Of a stretch of 30,031 nucleotides of DNA, positions 23,261 through 30,031 are shown piece by piece; positions within the stretch are counted from its first letter, which is position 1, and the number at the start of each line of letters is the position of its first letter. The translations under genes were made by a program, and so were the position numbers. The notes under the pieces are model-generated. The model had not been told where the DNA came from, did no database searches, and saw only the letters and a program-made list of their open reading frames with translations. Origin of the DNA: a virus. Its lineage: Duplodnaviria; Caudoviricetes. The DNA lies in the IMG/VR virus record IMGVR_UViG_3300002482_000040, positions 1 to 30,031 of that record; one strand, 5' to 3'.

Positions 23261-26151
23261 TAGTTACTCTCCAGTGTTTGTACTTTAGCCTCTAAGGTTT
23301 CAATACGAGTCATAGCTTCTTGAAGAGCCTTGATAGCCTTCATATAAAGAACAGAGTAGTGAACACTTTTTGTGCTCGTTTCTAATTCTTCAAAGTCTTC
23401 ATCTCTATCTGCAATATCTAAAACCAATCCACCCATTCCAGCAGATTCAAGTTCTTGAGCTATCACACCTATGCGATTTGGTGCTGACTCTTTATCAGCG
23501 ATCATGCTGTACTTCCGAACTCTTACTGCTTTTATGTCCTCCCACTGAGAACCAGAGTCAACGATATTTTCCTTCAGCTTTACATCTGATAAAGCGCCGT
23601 AAGAATTATTTACGTTTTGAATGTTTCCATTTCCATAAATAATTATGGCGTTAGAGGTCACAGAAGAACCATTGCCTGTTTGACCTACGAAATGGAAAAA
23701 ACTAGTCGAAGCCGCACTGACCGAGGCAACCTGAATATGCGGTTTTGTGTAGCCATTTATGGTCGTAATTTGATGCCCTGTTTGGTTGCTGGGATTCTCT
23801 TCGTGGAAGAAAGCATTACCGCTCGTTACCCCATGCAATAGTCTGCCACTCGAATCAATGCGCATATATTCTGAGTTGTTTACATAAAATGTTAATTCAC
23901 CTTGAGTACCTGAAGGAGTGTTTGCTCCACTAGCGGTTCCAATTCTTGCAATTTTGGTCGAATTAACTATATCAGCAAAAACTCTGTATGCTCCTGTAGC
24001 AAAATTGGCGGATTGATTTATAGCGTTTATAGAACCGTCGACTTCCAGCTTTTCAGTTAAGCTGCTCGTGCCAATACCTAAATTTCCACTTTCGAGGCGC
24101 ATTACCTCATCATGAGTGCCACTAGAAGAATTATCGACAAAGGTTAAACCGCCCGTAGTGCCTGCGCCTCTGTTGAAGACAATTAAACTTTCGCCTGCAC
24201 CATTTGAGTAATTCCATCCAAAATGTAAGCCTTGAGTGTCGGGTGCATTAGTGAGGGCAACATTGGCATTCGGGTTTACATAGCCTGCCGCATTGATTCG
24301 CATGCGTTCTGTAAGTGAGGTTGCAAAGGCTACATAGCCAGCTTCTCTATTTTCAATAGTGAAATTATTGCCGTTTAGTTGTAAAGATGTTCCGTCACCA
24401 GTAGCGTCACCTGTTGTTGAGTTTCTTATATCTAATCTGGTAATTGCTGAGCCAGAACCTAGACACATTCCTTCGCCATTTGATGGCGTTGCGTTACTCG
24501 TCCCAATCCCGACATTGCCGCTAGAGTCGATACGCATGGCTTCACTTTCGTTAATAAAAAACGCATGACCCGCACTGCTGGGAACGCCAAATTCTAAGAG
24601 ACCAGAAGAAACAGAAAGTCCGTACACGTTCGAAGAAGAGTCTTCGAAGAGCTTTAACTTGGCTTTGGAAAGTGAGCCTGCTGAATTTGCAAACGTACTG
24701 CCTAGATTTACCTCGACGGGTGTAGCCGAGGCTGTGCCAGAACCGACGGAGCCAACACTTAAATCTGCTACCGGGCTGCTAGTGCCGATGCCAACTCGGC
24801 TATTACCGGCATCAACAAACAGCATATGCGTGTTGCCGTCAGACTCAACACGGAAGTCTAGGTCTTTGCTTGATTCATTGAATACAGTTTCAGCGCCAGT
24901 AAATTCCAAGCGGTTTGCGGTCGTACCCGCAGTAATTGATCTAAACCTGACCTGAGCATCCTCTGTTCCATCTGACGCATCTTGAATTATCGTATCTATT
25001 GAAGCATAAGTGACATCTTCAGAAGCGTCGTTTTTTCCTAAGAATTGAAGTCTGCCCAAGGTATCACTATCTGCTGGAGAGCCTGAGTCTCTTTGGAAGT
25101 TAATAAGAGGGCCAACATTTGCATCCGCATCTGTTGAAATAACAGTGAGTGCGGCTAAATTATCAGCAGTTGTGAAAGTCGCAGTCGTGCCCGTGAAAGC
25201 ACCGCTCACATCCATCGTGCCATTCACATCAATGGCAGTTGCGGTCAGATCAATCTCATCCGTCGCACCCAATGACAGAACCGTCGCAGACGAGCCTTGT
25301 ATGAACTGGCTCGCATCGTTAAACATGATCTTGTTCGTAGAGTTCAACGTCAGGCCAGATCCGTCTGTGTGCGTCAGTGTTGTGTCATTATCTGCGCCAA
25401 AACCTAATACAGCAGCATCGCTATCTAATTTAAGATCGTTACTAACAGTGACAGCCGTAGACGCATTTAGATCAATCGTAGCTTCGCCATCAACACGCAA
25501 TACGCCATCGCTAGATTGCTGTACAAAAGAAGCGGCATCCCCAAAAGTTAGTTTGTTCGTGCTGTTAAGAGTAAGGCCCGTTCCATCCGTGTGGGTCAGT
25601 GTCGTGTCGCCATCCGCACCAAACTTAATAAGAGAAGAATCTGAAGTAAGGTTTATATCGTCCCCTACATTCAAATCGTCTGTAATTGTTAAATCATCCC
25701 CAATGGTAAGATCACCACCAATAACCAAGTTACCAGCAAGCTCAAGGTCGTCCATCTCGTAAACAACCGCGCCAGATCCTGCACCATCTGTAGCTACAAT
25801 TTTAGTTTGACCTGCTGCTATAGCTACGTTGGCCCCAGAGCCTTGAGTAAGGGTAAGAGTTGCGGAAGTCTCGTTTCGCATTATCCAAGTATGCGATAAC
25901 GTATTAGGCGCTAAAGTAACTGTACAGGCTTGTCCTCCGCCGGTAAGTCGCAAGAAAGTAGAGCGAAACTCATCCGCTACACCATCAGCCATCGTAATAG
26001 TGTGCGTGCTAGCATTGGCAATAGCCTCTGCCCCTACACCCATAGCATTACCTATCAACTCAAGGTTGGTATTCGTACTGGTGCCCCACGTACCTGATTC
26101 GTCACCAGTGGCAATCTCTTTTAAGCGTAAGTCGTTAACATAAGTTGCCAT
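23260..26151 (-). CDS. Tail fibre with C-terminal peptidase S74 intramolecular chaperone
   Basis: 963 aa. ATGDESGTWGTSTNTNLELI N-terminal anchor, repeated ExMRIDSSGNVGIGT motifs, SDVKLKENI (from 23589), IGVIAQE, and terminal coiled coil IKALQE. Confidence 0.9.
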   Translation of the reverse strand: MATYVNDLRLKEIATGDESGTWGTSTNTNLELIGNAMGVGAEAIANASTHTITMADGVADEFRSTFLRLTGGGQACTVTLAPNTLSHTWIMRNETSATLTLTQGSGANVAIAAGQTKIVATDGAGSGAVVYEMDDLELAGNLVIGGDLTIGDDLTITDDLNVGDDINLTSDSSLIKFGADGDTTLTHTDGTGLTLNSTNKLTFGDAASFVQQSSDGVLRVDGEATIDLNASTAVTVSNDLKLDSDAAVLGFGADNDTTLTHTDGSGLTLNSTNKIMFNDASQFIQGSSATVLSLGATDEIDLTATAIDVNGTMDVSGAFTGTTATFTTADNLAALTVISTDADANVGPLINFQRDSGSPADSDTLGRLQFLGKNDASEDVTYASIDTIIQDASDGTEDAQVRFRSITAGTTANRLEFTGAETVFNESSKDLDFRVESDGNTHMLFVDAGNSRVGIGTSSPVADLSVGSVGSGTASATPVEVNLGSTFANSAGSLSKAKLKLFEDSSSNVYGLSVSSGLLEFGVPSSAGHAFFINESEAMRIDSSGNVGIGTSNATPSNGEGMCLGSGSAITRLDIRNSTTGDATGDGTSLQLNGNNFTIENREAGYVAFATSLTERMRINAAGYVNPNANVALTNAPDTQGLHFGWNYSNGAGESLIVFNRGAGTTGGLTFVDNSSSGTHDEVMRLESGNLGIGTSSLTEKLEVDGSINAINQSANFATGAYRVFADIVNSTKIARIGTASGANTPSGTQGELTFYVNNSEYMRIDSSGRLLHGVTSGNAFFHEENPSNQTGHQITTINGYTKPHIQVASVSAASTSFFHFVGQTGNGSSVTSNAIIIYGNGNIQNVNNSYGALSDVKLKENIVDSGSQWEDIKAVRVRKYSMIADKESAPNRIGVIAQELESAGMGGLVLDIADRDEDFEELETSTKSVHYSVLYMKAIKALQEAMTRIETLEAKVQTLESN
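25246..25644 (-). repeat. Internal duplication in the tail fibre (two copies, 222-nt period)
   Basis: SDSSLIKFGADGDTTLTHTDGTGLTLNSTNKLTF..IDL versus SDAAVLGFGADNDTTLTHTDGSGLTLNSTNKIMF..IDL. Confidence 0.9.
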
Positions 26152-26283
26152 CTATCTTCTCCGACGTTTAGCAGCGGGCTTTTTCATGGAGGCCACATGC
26201 TTTTTCAATGTTTCGGCTTGTTTTTTGTGAGTCTTAGAGGCTTTCTCTAGCCCCTTAATAACCTTTTTAACCTTTCGTACCAT
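26152..26283 (-). CDS. 43-aa highly basic micro-protein (not in the ORF track)
   Basis: MVRKVKKVIKGLEKASKTHKKQAETLKKHVASMKKPAAKRRRR. ATG overlaps the upstream TAA and its TAG abuts the fibre ATG. Confidence 0.8.
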   Translation of the reverse strand: MVRKVKKVIKGLEKASKTHKKQAETLKKHVASMKKPAAKRRRR

Positions 26284-26852
26284 TAGGCTACCTCTTCCCA
26301 ATTAGGCGTTTGACTGTCTGTGATTACAGTCCAACTTGGTGTTTGGCTTGTTGATATGGTTGAATAATTTGGTGTTTGACTGTCATCTATAATACCCCAC
26401 ACTAACACTTGAGCTACACTCCCAACACCTTCAACACCGATAACTTCGGCTACAGCACCTCCTGCAACCGTAACTGTACCAACACTGCCCCCCGCCTGCA
26501 CGCCTGTAACAGAGACAACATTTTGTGTACGAGTCGTAACTGAACCAATAGCTCCAGTAGCTCCCACACCTGTAACGCTAGTGCTTGCGTCACCTGTAAC
26601 GGTAACTGAACCAATAGACCCAGTGCCTTCAACACTCGTAACAGAAACGGTAACACCCGTTCCTTCGATGATCGTGACAGAACCGATTGATCCTGTTGCA
26701 GAAACACCTGTGACGGCGGTGACTGCTGATGCACTAACTGTAACTGAACCGATAGCGCCTGTGCCCGCAACACCTGTGACCTCAACAGGATCGGGTTGCC
26801 CCCACGGACTTTCGCCCCAAGCGCCTCTACCCCAGCCGGTGACATTTGCCAT
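26283..26852 (-). CDS. Repeat-rich structural protein (six VTGVxxTGxIGSVT repeats)
   Basis: 189 aa. Trp-Gly N-terminus, six 22-24-aa repeats, three 11-aa SQTP repeats. Confidence 0.75.
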   Translation of the reverse strand: MANVTGWGRGAWGESPWGQPDPVEVTGVAGTGAIGSVTVSASAVTAVTGVSATGSIGSVTIIEGTGVTVSVTSVEGTGSIGSVTVTGDASTSVTGVGATGAIGSVTTRTQNVVSVTGVQAGGSVGTVTVAGGAVAEVIGVEGVGSVAQVLVWGIIDDSQTPNYSTISTSQTPSWTVITDSQTPNWEEVA

Positions 26853-26855
26853 AGC

Positions 26856-27284
26856 TTAGGCAATACGAATGATTGCACTACTAGCGTCCGCAGTTGGAAA
26901 CGAGATAGTAAAATCACCAGAGGTAGAAGTTTTATCTCCACCAAACGCTAATGTGCAAACAGCTTTGTCTGACTGGGTATCGTTGTATATCAATGCGCCA
27001 TTTGCAGTAATAGTGCTCGAACTGAAAGTAAGATCGGCAAAGTCGCAAAACGCCGTTGTACCTGACGTTGTAGGCGTAACGCTTGTCAATGCTGCACCTG
27101 CTGCTGTGTACCCCGTACCAGATACTTCGTTAGACGTTGTATACGCAGTGGTGCCTGCGCCTAAAGAAGCAGAGCTTGTATACAAAGCTAACTTAAATGA
27201 ATTACCGCTAGTGGCAGTAAAATTATGTGTGCCTACAAGTAATTCTTGCTTAAACGATGTGCACATAGCCGTCGATATAGCCAT
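26856..27284 (-). CDS. Small beta-sandwich-type virion structural protein
   Basis: TSFKQELL.GTHNF..FKLALYT..NEVSGTGYTAAG..GALIYN motifs. AGGAG SD; start GTG 27287 or ATG 27284. Confidence 0.75.
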   Translation of the reverse strand: MAISTAMCTSFKQELLVGTHNFTATSGNSFKLALYTSSASLGAGTTAYTTSNEVSGTGYTAAGAALTSVTPTTSGTTAFCDFADLTFSSSTITANGALIYNDTQSDKAVCTLAFGGDKTSTSGDFTISFPTADASSAIIRIA

Positions 27285-27574
27285 CACAAACTCCTAATTA
27301 TGTCTGCCATGTCTTTATGACCTTGGCGTTCTAACTCTGCAATAAGAGTTGTCCTATCGCTCTTTACTGCTTCTTTTATGTAGTGCAAAGCTGTAGCTCT
27401 GACCGCTTCTTTGAATGCTTCTGCCTGCTGTGCTATTACAGGGTGGCAGCTATTACCAACACTTACAATTTTGTCTGCCGCTACTTGTGCCCAAAACTCA
27501 GGATCATGCCCTTTATTTTCTGTAGTAGATACAAGAACATCTCCTACCTCTATCTGCGGTGCACGTAAGAACAT
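27284..27574 (-). CDS. Conserved hypothetical phage protein
   Basis: 96 aa, TTENKGHDPEFWA..KIVSV..IAQQAEAFK. Coupled to neighbours. Confidence 0.7.
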   Translation of the reverse strand: MFLRAPQIEVGDVLVSTTENKGHDPEFWAQVAADKIVSVGNSCHPVIAQQAEAFKEAVRATALHYIKEAVKSDRTTLIAELERQGHKDMADIIRSL

Positions 27575-27575
27575 A

Positions 27576-28205
27576 CTACATCACCTGCATTCGCGTTTGC
27601 CCTGAACGGTAGGTATCAGCCCGTAATTTTCCATCACCTAACGTCTGGAGCAATACCATAGAAGCAGCATAAAACTTGTCATACATAGCCACCATATCAG
27701 GCTCACCTTTCATAAATCGTATGGCTTCAACCAGAGCACCATTTAACAACGCAGAATCAAACTCATCTCCAAGATAAGTGGTACTTGCGGTAACAATAGA
27801 CTCAGGATAATACCCATAATGTAATTCAAACGTGTAATTTGAGTCGGGTGTTGGCCCTAATATAAACGCATCGTCATTAAAAATGCCGTAGTGTTTTGGT
27901 AAACCTGTGGTGGTCGCAACAGGGTACGCCTCACGTATGAAGTTAACATCTTTATTTAGTAAGAAATGGTAGTTACTACTACCATCTATTACTGCGATAC
28001 TGTACACATACAAAAAATCTGTGGGTACTGATAAGTATTTGTTACCAGAAGTAGCGGTACCAGTAACATTTTTACGTAGTGCGGGTAATTGCACAGCGTT
28101 ATAGATTTTCTGTTCCGCCTGTTGCGTAAACATAGCGAGCTGAGCATCTGTAAACGTAAGCTCACAGATGTCTTCGATATTTGTTTTTAGCTCGGTGTAG
28201 TTCAT
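27576..28205 (-). CDS. Head-tail adaptor / tubular protein A-like
   Basis: 209 aa. MNYTELK..I, AEQKIY, GLPKHY, LGPTPD..Y..ELHY, LLNGALVEA..FMK pattern of podoviral adaptors. Confidence 0.75.
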   Translation of the reverse strand: MNYTELKTNIEDICELTFTDAQLAMFTQQAEQKIYNAVQLPALRKNVTGTATSGNKYLSVPTDFLYVYSIAVIDGSSNYHFLLNKDVNFIREAYPVATTTGLPKHYGIFNDDAFILGPTPDSNYTFELHYGYYPESIVTASTTYLGDEFDSALLNGALVEAIRFMKGEPDMVAMYDKFYAASMVLLQTLGDGKLRADTYRSGQTRMQVM

Positions 28206-28208
28206 GTT

Positions 28209-28346
28209 TTACGCCATAGGGCCGCGAGCCATAAGTCCTTTTGTAGCAGCACCTGTACCGCGAACCTTGATGCCGGTGGTCTTTACACCAGACATATCAG
28301 GCTTAGGCGCTTCTTTTACTTTTTTGATTTTACTATCTTTTTTCAT
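28209..28346 (-). CDS. 45-aa basic micro-protein with RGxGAAxKG motif (not in the ORF track)
   Basis: MKKDSKIKKVKEAPKPDMSGVKTTGIKVRGTGAATKGLMARGPMA. Fills the 28206-28355 gap. Confidence 0.8.
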   Translation of the reverse strand: MKKDSKIKKVKEAPKPDMSGVKTTGIKVRGTGAATKGLMARGPMA

Positions 28347-28355
28347 AACTGTACT

Positions 28356-28721
28356 CTAAGTTGTTGTAATCGTTACTGTTCCTATCTGACCAGTTGCTAC
28401 TAAGTCATTAGGCGTTAATCCAAAAGGGTCATCCCCTGCACCCACAGGGTTCCAGCCCCACTGTATCTGTCTACTACTGTTTTCTCCTGCTTCACCTAAG
28501 CTCCTATCAGGCCGTGGATCTCTGATAGCTTGCGGATCATCTACTGGAAATTCACCTAACTTTAGCTGTGGGTGGTCTGGACTCCAGCATTCTGGGCACG
28601 CCTTTAGGTTTGTATCTTGCCCCTTACGTATTAAGTTTTTTAATTCACGTAGCTTATACTGAAATCCACAGATGTCACATTCAGCAATGGCTCTTTTGGT
28701 AGATGCAAACCTATTAGACAT
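28356..28721 (-). CDS. Zn-ribbon protein in the morphogenesis operon
   Basis: CDICG and CPECW CxxC pairs, then HPQ and DPRPD. Confidence 0.75.
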   Translation of the reverse strand: MSNRFASTKRAIAECDICGFQYKLRELKNLIRKGQDTNLKACPECWSPDHPQLKLGEFPVDDPQAIRDPRPDRSLGEAGENSSRQIQWGWNPVGAGDDPFGLTPNDLVATGQIGTVTITTT

Positions 28722-29403
28722 AACTCATACGCGGTACAAAACGTGCAGCCGTTTTTGTCCTGTCCTCTCCTGCCGCTAATGCAAATTGCTCTTCATACAC
28801 TTCTTTCAATAACGGTATGCGCGGAGCTAGCTCTGGATCTTTCATAGATATGTGGTATGCCAAACCAGCCACCAAACAAGGAAGAAATCTGAAATTAACA
28901 TCAGCGGTTTCTACACCATTTCCTGCGTCTTGTATTCGCCGCATACGATAATACTTAAATATGTACTCGTCGTTTTTATCGGGTACAGGCCACACGTTGA
29001 TTTTAGGATTGTCTCTAAGACGTTCTACGTAGACTTGTATCGGTCTACCTTCTGTTAACTTGTTAGGTATAGAAGCGTACGTGCTAACACTTATTCGACT
29101 TATAGTTAGATCAGACTGCGTATACTCATTGCCAGAATTTGTGCGTATAACTTGTTCCAACAAGTCAATAGTGTCTGCGGGCAAATCGTACTGACTCGTA
29201 CCCTTAACCATCGTCACAGTGCCTTCATCAATCGTCCACAAGTTGATGCCACGGTTCTGCCATTCAATAGTCATCAAGTTCATGGATCTGCGAGCAGTGC
29301 GAAGGTCATACCCTGAACGCATTTCACGGCCCGCACGCTCCCACGCTTCTTCAGCGATCTCCGTGAAGTCCATATCAAACGCAGTTGTTCCAGAGGTAGC
29401 CAT
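28714..29403 (-). CDS. Second head-tail adaptor-like ring protein
   Basis: 229 aa. EEAWERAG..SGYDLRTARRSMNL..EWQNRGINLWT, GRP.Q.Y, VWPVPD, RFLPCLVAGLAY. Confidence 0.75.
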   Translation of the reverse strand: MATSGTTAFDMDFTEIAEEAWERAGREMRSGYDLRTARRSMNLMTIEWQNRGINLWTIDEGTVTMVKGTSQYDLPADTIDLLEQVIRTNSGNEYTQSDLTISRISVSTYASIPNKLTEGRPIQVYVERLRDNPKINVWPVPDKNDEYIFKYYRMRRIQDAGNGVETADVNFRFLPCLVAGLAYHISMKDPELAPRIPLLKEVYEEQFALAAGEDRTKTAARFVPRMSYV

Positions 29404-29634
29404 CTATTTTTTCTTCGCTGTGGTTTTCTTAGCCGCTGCTTTCTTAACTGGTTCTTTCTTTGGCTCTGGAGCCGGTGTGGGCTGTAAATGCTCCAGCCTA
29501 GCCTTAGCCTCTTCCTCGCTCATCAGACTCGCATCTACTACAGTATACGTGCCGTCTTCGTTCTTGCTGCCAACTTGAAAGACAGGACGCCCGTCTGAAA
29601 AATTGCCGTTTTGGAAAACTTCTAGTTTATCCAT
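29404..29634 (-). CDS. Hypothetical protein with Pro/Lys/Ala-rich tail
   Basis: 76 aa ending PKKEPVKKAAAKKTTAKKK. Its stop abuts the next ATG. Confidence 0.7.
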   Translation of the reverse strand: MDKLEVFQNGNFSDGRPVFQVGSKNEDGTYTVVDASLMSEEEAKARLEHLQPTPAPEPKKEPVKKAAAKKTTAKKK

Positions 29635-29968
29635 TCTTACTACCTCTTACGTATAAGGTTTTCTTCCTACGGTTGCCCATCACTGCTCCGCAACCTTTGT
29701 GATTTTCACGTATCATGCCGCCAACTTTTGCTGTTTTGACCTTCGCTTTCGGCGTGTTAGACACCACCGTCTTACCTTTTGCCCCAGCTTTCTTCTTTTT
29801 ACGTGCTGTGGTGGCTCGTTCAGACTGACTCAGCGACTGTGCCTTAGCTTTGGGTAAGCAACGATCTGGGTTCTTTTTGTCTTTCGACGTACCACATGGC
29901 CCCTTGATCTTGCCATCGGTGCCGATACGTACCCATTGCTGTTCTCGCCACTGTTTAAGCTGACCCAT
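29627..29968 (-). CDS. Basic conserved phage protein (LKxWxxxxWV..CG..RCLP type)
   Basis: 113 aa, Lys-rich, C-terminal AKVGG..KGCGAVMGNRRKKT. TAATG coupling. Confidence 0.75.
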   Translation of the reverse strand: MGQLKQWREQQWVRIGTDGKIKGPCGTSKDKKNPDRCLPKAKAQSLSQSERATTARKKKKAGAKGKTVVSNTPKAKVKTAKVGGMIRENHKGCGAVMGNRRKKTLYVRGSKNG

Positions 29969-30031
29969 TACTTTACCTTCCGCGCTCTACGTATGGCTTC
30001 TTTGCCACGTTTAGCAATGTCTGCTTGCGTA
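29968..30031 (-). CDS. 3' end of a basic protein truncated by the window edge
   Basis: ...TQADIAKRGKEAIRRARKVK*. Its TAA (29970-29968) overlaps the next ATG. Confidence 0.55.
   Translation of the reverse strand, partial: TQADIAKRGKEAIRRARKVK

Noticed and set aside
23260-26151. Diversity-generating retroelement target in the fibre
   Set aside because: No reverse transcriptase, and no template/variable repeat pair differing only at adenines; the duplication is an ordinary diverged repeat.
26450-26944. 164-aa Leu/Val/Gln-rich alternative-frame ORF as an embedded gene or frameshift product
   Set aside because: Explained by the codon pattern of the repeat protein; no lipobox or slippery site recognised.

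Overview
This is a fragment of a tailed dsDNA bacteriophage genome with a podovirus-type gene set, resembling uncultured marine podoviruses. The left end (+ strand, 1-2697) is the end of a replication/early arm: a 5'-truncated DUF927-type primase-helicase, an HTH protein and a small conserved ORF. A 93-nt convergent spacer (2698-2790) holds two back-to-back hairpins with C/U-rich, anti-Shine-Dalgarno-like loops. The rest (- strand, 30031 to 2791) is one tightly coupled late operon. In order it encodes small basic proteins, two head-tail adaptor-like proteins, a Zn-ribbon protein, fibre/appendage proteins, a tail fibre with a peptidase-S74 chaperone, a cluster of small membrane proteins with a 3TM holin and GH24 lysozyme, a tail nozzle, and five probable internal/ejection proteins (1863, 228, 276, 651 and 2090 aa; about 15.3 kb). 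Best leads: (1) a recurrent phi-x-x-G-G motif in several internal and basic proteins beside a stand-alone 'D-x-IPA..LSDGEFV' domain, a candidate tag-plus-reader system; (2) a candidate anti-SD sRNA whose loop is exactly complementary to the RBS of the nearby HTH gene; (3) Ca2+-binding TSP3/dockerin-like motifs in a giant ejection protein; (4) shared beta-strand and Trp-Gly motifs linking tail proteins; (5) two basic micro-ORFs missing from the supplied track. All family assignments come from motif recognition by eye, not database searches.
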